In this document: one piece after another, positions 22,958 through 33,663 of the stretch
How the letters are laid out: the number at the start of each line of letters is the position of its first letter
Position numbering within the stretch: the stretch's first letter is position 1
DNA from: Veleropilina oligotropha
Taxonomy: Eukaryota
Assembly (NCBI GenBank): GCA_048128005.1
Contig: JBEUKZ010000065.1
Location: 372,001 to 436,000, forward strand
Reading direction: 5' to 3'
Length of the DNA: 64,000 nt
The notes under the pieces: generated by a model
What the model saw: the letters and a program-made list of their open reading frames with translations, nothing else
Databases searched by the model: none
What the model was told of the DNA's origin: nothing
Made by a program: the position numbers and the translations under genes

Positions 22958-25900
22958 CAACCGCAAATCCTCGTTTCCGGTTACATTCCAGACACGTTAA
23001 GCGCACGTTGTCGCGGATGTGGCCCCTGCTGTTGTCCACACGGTCGACACTGAACTGCTGTGTGTCTTTGGGCTGGTAGGCCCAGAACAGCTCTATGTTG
23101 CATGCCGCGCAGCGGTTGTTTTGGGCGTCTTTGAGCTGCAGGATGTTATCGACCTTCAGGTTAAACCCCAGGAGACCCTTGGCCTGGTCCTGGCGTTTGT
23201 ACGCCACAAGCTTTTTCTGGATGGTCTTTCGGAGCTGTTGCTCGGTTTGGGGCAGGGGCCTGTCATCAGCACCCTCATCCGGAGGACAGGTTACCCGTTC
23301 GAGCTGATGCAGCAGCTCCACCCGGGACACGGCTAGGTAGGCGAGATTACTCCACTGAAGGTAGTCGTCGATGATCCAGACTTTCTGTGGGTCGTGAATC
23401 GTAAGACCCTGGCTCGAATGGATGGTGAGAGCATAGCCCAGGCGCCAATCCGGGGTCAGGATAGCCCTTTCAGCGGCGTCAATGGTGACCTCGACGACGT
23501 CGTTCAGAACTAGCTCCTCTCTGTCGCTGGTGCCCGGAATCGTTACCATGATGTTTTGCTTACGGGTGTCCCTGGGGTGGTACAGGATAGGTACCAGGGA
23601 GTCTGGGAAGTGCTCCTTGTGCCTCTGGAGCAACAGCTGTTGAGCCCGTTCGCGGACCTTCTGACGGCTGGTGAGGATTAGGTCGCGTGGCTTCCAGGTG
23701 TTGACGAACCGGTCCCATCCGATGCAGCTGGGGAGGGTCCGTCGCATCTCGTCGCACTGGACTTTGTCGGGCTGGAGACGGATACGTCTTTTCAGGGCTT
23801 GGAGGGCAGGGTCATCTTTCGCCCTGTAGTCTACTTCGATCTCTTCATAGTAGTCCGCGGTCTTTCGCAGCCAATCGTGCGGCATCTCGCCCGTAATCGG
23901 TGGTGGCTGGCCTTGATCGCCACAGCAGATAACCTGCACTTCGTGCTGGCCCAGCCAGTCCAAGAACATCTCGAGGATGTGCCGGGGAACAGTACAGACC
24001 TCGTCCCAGATAATGACGCGCGGGATGAACTTCTGACCCATGCGATCAGGCGTCCAGTCGTTCTGGCCGCTCCATCGGAAGAAGCTGTGGTAGGTCTGGG
24101 CTTTGACGCCTCTGGTTCGCATCTCTTTAGCGAGGCGGTGGGTTGGTGTGAACACGACGGGATTCCTTGCCCGAAAGAGCTCGATCGCTCTCGTAGTCTT
24201 GCCACAGCCCCCTCCACCATTGAGGTAACTCAGGCGATGGTGGGTCAGTGTGTCATTGTAGCATGGCGCGGTGCTCGGCGGGAGGTCCTTCTCGGACTGC
24301 GTGTACTCCGGCTTGGGCATGTATGCGGCATGTTCCTGTGGCATATACAGCTGTTCGCCCTTGTCACGCCACTGGGCTGGTGCTACTGGCGGAAGGTACG
24401 GCTCCGCGATCAGACATGAGATGCACGATTGGCTGCGACAGTCACAGAGTTGGGGGGCAACGTACACCGTGACATCGTCGAGCTTCTCCAACGAGGCCTT
24501 CTTGAGGTAGATGCTGTCAGTGGCTACCCGGACGGCTTCTGCTGCACTGAAACGCTTCAGCATGCTCAAGACGTTTATGTGGGCATAGGCCAACATCGTT
24601 GCCCTCAGGTGGGCGTACTGAGGCTGGGAGCCATCATAGTACGTGAGGATGTGACCGAGGGAGCATCTCTGAGGAGCGCCAACCAGGGTGCCGCTTTGGC
24701 GGGTGTCTCTTACGAGGAAGTCGAGCTCCCCCTGGTCGGTCACCAGTCTACGAGTCAATCTTTTGCCATCAGCTTTGGCGCCTTGGGTGAATTTGCCAAT
24801 AATACTGCAGCCCTGGTCACGATCCAGAGGAAGCCAGACATCGGTCTGGTTTTTGAACGCGATAATGGATTCTCGGATCTTGAGGCTTTTTAGGAGTCCA
24901 GATTCTACGAGGAATGCGAGCAGCGGGGTTGGTGCCCAACCATTATCTGCAAAGTGTTTCCCAAACCATGCTACAATGACGGGGTGGATGTCTTGTGCGA
25001 ACTCCCATTCCACGACCTCAGCAAACCCGGTACCGATGTCTTGGGGTAGAGGACCGTTAATTGCGACCCGGGTCATGCTGTGGGTTGGGTGTCCGAATCT
25101 TTCGAAATAGGGCTTAGCCTCGCCCTTCCCCAGAAAGCTTGCAGGGTAGCAGGATTTCATATCGATGCAGCAGACATCGCCCGTGTCGTAATTCATGGAA
25201 TTCCACAGGCCGCCGTGGCCATGCTCTACACAGGCCTTCTGGATGTCATCGAGCAGGCCCGCTGGGGTCGGTTTCCAGCCGTTGGTCTCTTTGGCCATAA
25301 TGCTAGCTGCATGGTTCACGCCAAAGGCTCGATCGGCTAGGGACTCATTCCCCAGCGCTGTACAGGCTTCTTGGAGTCTCTCGTGATCATCTTTTGTCCT
25401 GTACGTGCGGCCGTCCTGAAGCACGAACTGGTTCACGTTGAGCTGTCGGTCTGTACCGCCTAGGAGCCAGACAGCCAATGGCTCGTTCTGTGTGGCTTGT
25501 CGAATAGCTTCCCAGACATCGCCCTCATACAGGTGGACCTCTCTACTTTGCGGGAAGTGTAGGTCCTTCGACCATGCGTGGCCGTTGTGACAGATGAGTT
25601 CTATGGACTTCCACATACTGGCCTGGTATTTTCCGCTGTTGAAGACGTCCTCGCCGGCGATGTCTCTCAAGACAATCGCCCGCTTCAGTATCTTCTCGAG
25701 GATGGATATATCATCCACAGTGGCGCCTGTTACATGGACTCGCTCTTCCCACTCCAGTATTTTCTGCCGCCTTGTCGGGGTGAGTCCGTTTCCTCTAAGG
25801 GCACCTTCGAAGTGCTCAACCACTCGTTGGGCAACGCAGTTGAGGTCGCCGTTCTTCATCGGAACCAGGTTGGCGGGGTTTGGTTCTCTGAGAGGATAGA

Positions 25901-26789
25901 CGCCGTAGACGACTGCAGTGACCGGGTAGGCATTCTCGTAGTAGACCTTGTCGACCCCGGTGATAGCACCCGGCTTAGTGTCCTGAGAGATCTCAAAGAC
26001 ACCCTGGCCCTTCTTTCTCGCAGCTTTCACCGGGTCAAACTTGTCTTCGACCACCCAGTCGCCCTCACTCCACTCACGCAAGAACTTTATTCTAAGGACA
26101 TACTCGCCCTTTGGAAGGGCTGTGAGGAGCTGTGCCGCCCTTGCATCTGTCATACGGGCATCCAGGGCCGGTGCGATCTTAATGTCCACTTCTACCCTCC
26201 ATGTGGAGAAAGCCGCCGCGGCGCCATCGACCTCAAACTCGTCTTTGGCGTCGCTCAAGAGTTCCACCCACGGCTCTTTTGCTGGGAGCCTTACTGGGGG
26301 AGGGACCTGGTCATCCAGGTCGATGAATCGTTGTCCCTCGGGTGTGGTAAATTGCCCTAGAAGATCCTTCTGATAGTCCTGGGCTGTCCGGGGCGTTTTG
26401 GAGATGAGAAGATCGGGCCCCTTCCGAGCAATAGCATGGGCAAGGGTCTCTTTCCGAGACCGCTTGACGATTCGATCCGTGATGGCGCGAAGTGGCTTCA
26501 GTCGAATCCCGGGCGTTTTATCAGCCTGGGATTCGTATTTACGAGCCTGCAGGGCGGCGTCGACCTCGTCCTTAATCTGCCGCAACTCGCGAGCACGTCG
26601 GCCTCTTTTGTGGGGGTTCTCCACATCTCCACGTATGGAGGGGAACCTTCCAGTCTTCATCGCCCGCTCGAGTCTCCTCCGAAACTCCGCAGCACGGACC
26701 CCGGCGATTGCCCTGATGAGGTCGTGCTTCTTGAGCTTCGACCGAGCGGGAATCCCATAATCTTTCGCTAGATTGCGCAGGTCATCCAT
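22947..26789 (-). CDS. Replication protein: divergent PolB-like domain fused to an SF1 (RecD/Pif1-like) helicase and an HNH-like C-terminal domain
   Basis: PolB-like IDMKSCYP, SIIGKF and VATDSIY. SF1 motifs GGGGCGKTT, IIWDE, GDQGQPPP, YALTIHSSQGLT and AYLAVSR. C-terminal CAAC...SVDRVDNSRGH...NVRLTCLECN. Confidence 0.85.
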   Translation of the reverse strand: MDDLRNLAKDYGIPARSKLKKHDLIRAIAGVRAAEFRRRLERAMKTGRFPSIRGDVENPHKRGRRARELRQIKDEVDAALQARKYESQADKTPGIRLKPLRAITDRIVKRSRKETLAHAIARKGPDLLISKTPRTAQDYQKDLLGQFTTPEGQRFIDLDDQVPPPVRLPAKEPWVELLSDAKDEFEVDGAAAAFSTWRVEVDIKIAPALDARMTDARAAQLLTALPKGEYVLRIKFLREWSEGDWVVEDKFDPVKAARKKGQGVFEISQDTKPGAITGVDKVYYENAYPVTAVVYGVYPLREPNPANLVPMKNGDLNCVAQRVVEHFEGALRGNGLTPTRRQKILEWEERVHVTGATVDDISILEKILKRAIVLRDIAGEDVFNSGKYQASMWKSIELICHNGHAWSKDLHFPQSREVHLYEGDVWEAIRQATQNEPLAVWLLGGTDRQLNVNQFVLQDGRTYRTKDDHERLQEACTALGNESLADRAFGVNHAASIMAKETNGWKPTPAGLLDDIQKACVEHGHGGLWNSMNYDTGDVCCIDMKSCYPASFLGKGEAKPYFERFGHPTHSMTRVAINGPLPQDIGTGFAEVVEWEFAQDIHPVIVAWFGKHFADNGWAPTPLLAFLVESGLLKSLKIRESIIAFKNQTDVWLPLDRDQGCSIIGKFTQGAKADGKRLTRRLVTDQGELDFLVRDTRQSGTLVGAPQRCSLGHILTYYDGSQPQYAHLRATMLAYAHINVLSMLKRFSAAEAVRVATDSIYLKKASLEKLDDVTVYVAPQLCDCRSQSCISCLIAEPYLPPVAPAQWRDKGEQLYMPQEHAAYMPKPEYTQSEKDLPPSTAPCYNDTLTHHRLSYLNGGGGCGKTTRAIELFRARNPVVFTPTHRLAKEMRTRGVKAQTYHSFFRWSGQNDWTPDRMGQKFIPRVIIWDEVCTVPRHILEMFLDWLGQHEVQVICCGDQGQPPPITGEMPHDWLRKTADYYEEIEVDYRAKDDPALQALKRRIRLQPDKVQCDEMRRTLPSCIGWDRFVNTWKPRDLILTSRQKVRERAQQLLLQRHKEHFPDSLVPILYHPRDTRKQNIMVTIPGTSDREELVLNDVVEVTIDAAERAILTPDWRLGYALTIHSSQGLTIHDPQKVWIIDDYLQWSNLAYLAVSRVELLHQLERVTCPPDEGADDRPLPQTEQQLRKTIQKKLVAYKRQDQAKGLLGFNLKVDNILQLKDAQNNRCAACNIELFWAYQPKDTQQFSVDRVDNSRGHIRDNVRLTCLECNRKRGFAVVNA

Positions 26790-26827
26790 CCTGTGCTGGG
26801 TGGGTATACACTATGGACAGCGCCTCT

Positions 26828-27196
26828 CTAATAGGAAATTTGGGTGAGGTATATTGCAGCCATGCGGAGAAACTCTCTCTCGAAGGCCCTGCTCTTTTGT
26901 TGACAGTCCTTAACGTTCTCATTGTGATACCCACAGCCCTGACACAGCGTAAACCGGTTGAAAACGCCTTTGCCGCATTTGATGCAGGGTTTTGTGCCCC
27001 GGCCATTTCGCCGTTGCCGAGCCAGATGGACTTTGCAATACTCTCGCAGACAACGCTTACCGCATAGCTCCGTGGAGCTTATGGTGAGCCATTGACAGGT
27101 GTCTGTGCCCCACATCGTATCCTTTGCAGTGGGTATATCCTGTGATATGGGTATGTCTAAAAGCGAGCCCGGTGCACGGCGAGAAATAACCGGCAT
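26828..27196 (-). CDS. Small Cys/His-rich zinc-finger-like protein
   Basis: CQW...CGKRC...YCKVH followed by CIKC...CQGC. Confidence 0.6.
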   Translation of the reverse strand: MPVISRRAPGSLLDIPISQDIPTAKDTMWGTDTCQWLTISSTELCGKRCLREYCKVHLARQRRNGRGTKPCIKCGKGVFNRFTLCQGCGYHNENVKDCQQKSRAFEREFLRMAAIYLTQISY

Positions 27197-27436
27197 GTTA
27201 GACGTTGTGTAGTTATACTTGAAAACAACATGCCACAGCCACAGGAAGACATTCCTACGCTGTACAGCGAACGGAGCGCGTTAAAAACCTCTTAAACCGG
27301 GGCTATAACGTTTTGATTGTTGTACTCGACAATGGTGAACAAGCGATATATAAGAAGAAGACCAAAGACGGTAGAAAGGGAGTTGCACGAAATCAAACTC
27401 ACCCCCCCTGCTACTGCTCGCATAACTGAGGAGCCC

Positions 27437-27769
27437 GGGCCGGCGAGGGTAGTGGGCCGTCCCTGGGGGCTCTATGTCGCTGTACACACGGTAACTTTTT
27501 GTAATACACGATATACCCTGGTGTCTGAAAGGGTGCTGGGAGCCCCCACAGCGGGCCCCGGGGCCCTAGTCTAAACTCCCCTGCTGACTAGTCCGAGCTA
27601 CACTGAGTTCTGAAATAGTGCTGGGAGCCGTATTTTCCCATTCTAAAAAGTCCAATCACCCCCCCTGCTGCTGAGTTGAGATCCATATTAATTCTGAAAA
27701 GGTGCTGGGAGCCTTAATTTCCCTCGCCGCGCCCCCACATAAAAGGTATGGTCACCCCCCCCTGCTGCT
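27437..27769 (-). repeat. Right terminal inverted repeat (~333 bp)
   Basis: Ends ...CCCCCTGCTGCT followed by the CGTGT duplication. Confidence 0.93.
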
Positions 27770-29284
27770 CGTGTAGTCTATGTTTACGAAGGTGTTTGTC
27801 CGTTACAATAGTGCAAATTCTGCGAGCTAAGTTATATGGTATATTTAGCTTAGTGGCTCTAGGATGACATGAATTAAAAGACACATAATGTTTAGAATCT
27901 GTTTTCTTGAAAAATATATCCGTTATAATCGTGGGTCCATTGCGTTTGATAAACACATCTAAAAATGGGATTTCATCTTTATTGGTTTCCATGGTGAATT
28001 TAATTTGATCGTGTAAACTATTCAGAAGATCGTGAAGAATATTTATGCTGCCGTATATCTCATTCCAAATGATAAAACAGTCTCCAGGTAACGTTTAAAC
28101 GCATCTTCTAAATAATTTCTAAATGATTTGCTAATTAATTGTTCTGCTTTGTTGTACATTTTTTCTTCCAGATACGCTAAGACAAGAGTAGCATAATTGG
28201 GTGCAAATTTAATTCCCATGGCAGTTCCAAGTAATTGAGTGAAATTTAGGTTGCCGAATTGAAAGTTGTTGTTTTCTAAAATTATTTGTATTGATTTTAG
28301 AATGAATTCATCGTTAAATCTGTCTGCATTTAAGTTGGGAAATTTATTTAACCAATATTGAATGGCTTCTATGCCAAGTTTGTGAGGTATTGAGCTATAG
28401 AGGCTTGACACATCAAAAGTCGCAAAAGTTTCTGCATTACCAATAGTTTCGGGTAGATGATTTAAAAAGTCGATATCATCTTTAATGAATGATTTGACAT
28501 GTTGGACATATGGTTTGAGTAAAATATCGGTTAAATTGCTTAGTCTATGCGTGGGACAAACGGGACCGGCTATGATAGGTCTGAATTTCAAGTCTGTTGG
28601 GTCTTCCATTTTTATGATTTCGGAATTTTGTGATACAATCGATTCTTTAATTTCCTTCGATTTATGTATTTTGGGAAGACCATAAAATTGGCTAGATTTA
28701 TAATCAAAATTGGTCAAATATTCCTTTTCTTTTTTCGTGAGATTTGTCCCTGAGGTTTGTGTAAGTTTCTTAATTTTATTGATAACCGTCTTGTCATTAT
28801 TTTCATTAATTTTTTAGTATTGAGTGGTGTCCTCGAGCATGTCTAACATTTTAGTTTCATAATATTGTTTGTTTATAATGACAATGGTTGAACCTTTATC
28901 TGCTTCTTTTATAATGATATTTTTATTCTGCTGGAGAGTTTTAAGTCCTAACTTTTCCGGTCTGTTTAAATTAGACTTAGTATTAGTTTTAACTTTATCA
29001 GTTGGGGCTTTATTTAAAAAGTCTATATATGAATCTAAATGTTTATCCCTACCTTTGTTGGGGGTCCATGTGCTTTTGTTTCGGACAATAGATTCATCAA
29101 TATTTACATCATTGCCAAAAAATTCCTTAAGTCTATGTTTACGTGTGAACATATTAACATCATTTTTAAGTAGAAGTTCATCATTTGTATCTGGAGTAGG
29201 AGCAAACTTTAGCCCGTTACTTAACAAACACAGTTCATTGGCATCGAGTTCGTACGACGATAGATTGATTATCTTGGGGTCCAC
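27770..29284 (-). pseudogene. Penelope-like reverse transcriptase, frameshifted
   Basis: IIIKEADKG, FYGLPKIHK, RPII, TFDVSSLYSSIPH, GTAMG and PFLDV motifs. A 1-nt deletion lies inside the YLDD motif (~28083) and a second frameshift is near 28814. Confidence 0.9.
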
Positions 29285-29329
29285 TGGTTGCGCATCTGCT
29301 GTTGACGAATTCGTTCTGGATGTTCACAC

Positions 29330-31630
29330 GTAAACTTAGACTTAAGGAATTTTTTGGCAATTTCATTTCTGTATTGTTGAGCCATGTCAACGTTCCAATG
29401 AATTAAAGAAATATTGCAAACGTCATTATTCTCTCTAGATATATTCAAGCAATTGGTATTTAAGGCAAAACTGACGATTGCATGATCAGAGAACTCGTTA
29501 ACATCTAGAACATTAAAAGATTGTATAAACTGCAAGTTTTCCGGAGATAGTAATACATAATCAATTACACTAGAACCCATAGGTGTGAAGCATGTGAAAC
29601 TGCCAATGCCACGGTCAGTAGTAGTAGTTTATTTCCGGCATATAGGCAATACTTGCCTCTCGCCATAAAATAGTATACATAGAAGACATAATATTATATA
29701 CAAAACAGACATATTGCAGCATTTCTTATCGCTACAAAGGTTTTAGCATGGAGTTATTTGAAAGTACGGACACATATAACAATAGCAATTTACAAAAACA
29801 TGCACGATTTTAGAAGGGCTATAGTTACTAAGTCGTTACACTATATATAAATCATGTGTGTTTCCAATGAATAAGTGATCAGTTTATATACACTACAATA
29901 TTGTTGAACGTAGTCTCATGGCCGCTGTAATATACTTTCCTACTTGTCTACTTCTTTTAGGATTGACGACGCTCATTAATTCGACAAGCTTGTGTGTATT
30001 TGGCCAATGGCAGAAATAATTTGGGAGATATGTTGATCTGAGCTCACGATACAATGGGCATACCAACAAAAAATGATACTCATTTTCAACACAGCTCATG
30101 CTACATACAAGGCAAGTTCTCAATTCTCTTGCGACATTTGTATACCTGCCCGTTTCAACCCCTAACTGGTGAGCACTACAACGCAAACGCGTTATGCTAA
30201 TTCTATGTACATCAGAACAATAATCCAAGTATTTTTCAAATTTAAGTTCTTTTTTAAATGTTTTGTATGTGTCTAATTTAGTACTAGTTTCTATATCAGC
30301 ATGCCATTTTTGAATATATTGATCCTTTAGTCGTTCCATAATAATGTTAATCGGCACAGTAAAATATTCGTCATTCTGATCATGCCACACAAATCCCAAA
30401 CCTAATTCATTCAACATGTTTTTAATAGATGACGACCACGTGTTGTTGTTAAAACATTCTAACTCTTTCTTATATCTATTGTAAATTAAAGAGTTTCGGT
30501 TACTTAAAAATTTTGCCCAATAATTTATCGCCTTTTCCCTTTGAGTTAAGTACAGAGGCATTAATCCAAGCTCCCCATAAACAGCGCTACTATTTGTTGT
30601 ACTCTTTACATTTAGTACTCTTTTACAAAATTTCAAATGCACTTTTTCCACAATATCTAATTTTTCAAACCCCCATATTTCCGAGCCATATAACAATATT
30701 GGATTAATCATTAATTTGAATAAGTGGAGTTTGGTACTTGTGGCAAGGTCAGGTCTAGCGGTGACATTGTTTAAAGCGAACAAAGCACGACACCCCAGAT
30801 CACTCAAACATTTCTGCGCAGATCGAAATTTTCCATTTGATGAAAATGTAACCCCTAAGTAGCAAAACGATTCAACAATTGGTAGCTTTTCATTGTTATA
30901 GAACCATTCATTTATCCTTGACAGACGACCTCTTTGGAAAATCATGATCTTCGTTTTTTTGGTATTAACAGTAATATTCCATTTTGTACAATAATGTAAT
31001 AATTTGGTCAGTATAATTTGCAGAGTTTCAGGATCTGTGGCAAACAACGCGGAATCATCAGCAAATAAAAGAGAATATATGCCCATATATATGGTCAGTA
31101 CCGAGGCGCCCATTCGCGATTACATGGCCAGTGTTAGCACACAATCGTAACAAGCGTCGTCCAAAATTATTGACCACTCTGTCCTCGTTTGATCTAATGC
31201 ACAAGATCCGGTCGTCTAACGTGTTGTCATTGTTTAGGTTTAGTGGTAGTGAAAGATCATAATTAGAGGAAATGTAATCATTTTCATCGTAAAATGTTGT
31301 AAAATGTTGAGCTGATAGGAGGTATATATACAAGGGATAAAAACACATCATCGTTTAGTTCGAAATATTCTTTGTTTAATTTTATCCATATGATCCCAAC
31401 AGCATCAATTTTGATAACAGATATCCCTCCTTCAATATTTGACTTAAAATATATGGCGACACCGCCACTGTTTCTGCCTCTTCCATTAGCTCGCGGTCTA
31501 TTTACAATAATACAATTATAACCATCTATAGGACATTGATCGCTATCGGTTAACCAGGTTTCGGTAAATAATAAAATATGGTATTGAGAAATTATATTGG
31601 TAAAGTCAGAGTCATTTAACTTACTCTTCA
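29330..31630 (-). pseudogene. LINE apurinic-like endonuclease relic interrupted by a second LINE; outer boundaries approximate
   Basis: ILLFTETWL, GRNSGGVAIY and VYIPP...ANGRLGTD (31093-31630) continue as TDRGIGSFTC...SSVIDY...FSDH (29330-29620). Confidence 0.8.
29621..31092 (-). mobile_element. 5'-truncated LINE (CR1/L2-group RT C-terminus plus 3' UTR) with an 8-bp target-site duplication
   Basis: LFADD, YLG, LLYGSEIWG and CxxC...ENEYHFLLVC motifs; AATAAA followed by a (TAC)n tail; GGTCAGTA duplicated at 29613-29620 and 31093-31100. Confidence 0.85.
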
Positions 31631-33663
31631 GTCCGGGTTTTGCATCGGTGACCGTTTTGATTCGGTGATTGTATTGCATCGGTGACCGTTTTGCATCGGT
31701 GACCGTTTTGATTCGGTGACCGTTTTGCATCGGTGGCCGTTTTGATTTGGTGACAGTTTTGATTCGATGTCTGATTTGATTCGGTGACTGTTGGATGTAT
31801 TTTTGGCTGTTCGTATGAACATTGATGACCGTTCGTTTGACCATTGATGACTGTTGGATTAATTTTAAGCTGTTTTACATTGATGACCGTTTTGATTCGG
31901 TGACCGTTTTGCATCGGTGACCGTTTTGATTCGATGTCGGTTTTGATTCGGTGACTGTTGGGTGTATTTTTGGCTGTTCGTACGAACATTGATGACCGTT
32001 CGTTTAACCATTGATGACTGTTGGATTAATTTTAGGCTGTTTTACACTGATGACTGTTTTGATTCGGTGACTGTTGGGTGCATTTTTGGCAGTTCGTTTG
32101 AACATTGATGACCGTTCGTTTGACCATTGATGACTGTTGGATTAATTTTAGGCTGTTTGTTTTGATTCGGTGACTGTTGGATTTATTTTTGGCTGTTTGT
32201 ATAAGCATTGATGACCGTTCGTTTGACCATTGATGACTGTTAATTGTTACTATGAACTTTTATTTGGTTTTAACGTATTTTATACCCTTTTCGCTGCCCA
32301 TACCGTTTAGGCGGCCATAATGCATTGACCAATAAGTGCCTCAACCCTGTGCGGAATAGTGCAAAGGCTTCGTGAAAGGGACATAACTCTGTACGCTAAA
32401 TGACGGTGCTCGTTATTATAGAGTAGGCTCCTAGAGTGAATATTATGTATTAGAAACTCCACTGTGACATGAATTGATATCACACATAGCGAGTCAAACG
32501 TTAGCGAGGGGTGTTATGTGTATATCAGCGACGGGTGTCAGTGTATTATATAGTGTAAATACCAAGAAAATTACACAAGGCAAACTTTAAAACATATAAT
32601 TATGGAACAGTCATATAGATTCATATAGGGGTTGATATGATCCGCTCCTGGGTGTTATAAATACCAAGAAAATATAATGTAATTACAAGGCGTAACCCTT
32701 TAAAACACACGTGATTATGGAACAATCATATATGCTCATATAGTTGATATGATAGTTGACTCGTCCATGCCAATGAATTTGATTCCTTGTCAAATGCTTT
32801 GTTCTCGCAATGTGCAACCAGCGACCCGAATTAATCCCATTAATTGTCTGTGTTATTAATTGGAACAATGGCGCTTTGCGTTCAATTGTTCATACGTATT
32901 ATATATCAAACTCATGATATGTATGAGAAGATCGCCCATTCACTATCCCCTATCGGCAAACATGCTTTAATAAAATATATAGGCTCCAGTATCCAATGAC
33001 ATCACTGTGTGGTGGAGCGGTCTCGAATACATGATATCGTGCGACTGGTTGTGTGCTTAATTAGTATCCACGAGAACCATGAGAAACATAGCTAATTTGA
33101 TGATATATATAAATAATAATAATATGAAAATATCACAATAAAATGGTCCACATGGTATTGCTGTGTGCTTGCTAATGAGACCAGATGCCGTTTTCATATT
33201 ACCATTTTGTCTATCTGCATCGTCAGAGCTATTTCAGAAAATGATATATGAAAACCTAATAGAATTTGAAGGTATTGTCTTTGAAATGAATGGTGTACTG
33301 ATCTAAGATGACAAAGAGGTTGTCGAATCACGCCTTTTATGCGCAAACTATTAGTCTAGCTAACCATTAGACACATTATGGGATGTTGTGGAAACTGGCC
33401 TTCTTACGATCGAACGTACGTAGAACCTATTTCGTCACCGTCAACTGCAACAGCAATATATTTGAAGTCGATCACATGCTTGATAAAATGACGTCTGAAA
33501 CCATGAAGATAAAACACCATTTCGCAGTACATGGACATCATAGTGCTGACGAGTGTCCTCAATTTATCGTCAAGTGGTAGCGTTGGACCGTTGCACCCAT
33601 AATATAACAAAGAACGCTAACTTTGCAATGATCCCAAGTTCTCAGTCGTAATCTTGAAACAAA

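Larger units (their letters stand above)
11611..27769. mobile_element. Endogenous Polinton/Maverick-like DNA virus (16,159 bp)
   Basis: Long TIRs starting AGCAGCAG, CGTGT duplication (11606-11610 and 27770-27774), rve integrase, A32-like ATPase, capsid-like genes, dense intronless ORFs and a visibly higher GC content than the flanks. Confidence 0.93.

Noticed and set aside
23019..26771. Many plus-strand ORFs of 60-260 aa within the replicase gene
   Set aside because: Antisense shadows of a GC-rich coding sequence, with no motifs.
27714..27769. C-terminal tail QQGGVTIPFMWGRGEGN of the 92-aa ORF
   Set aside because: Read-through from the Penelope frame into the viral TIR, not a real protein end.
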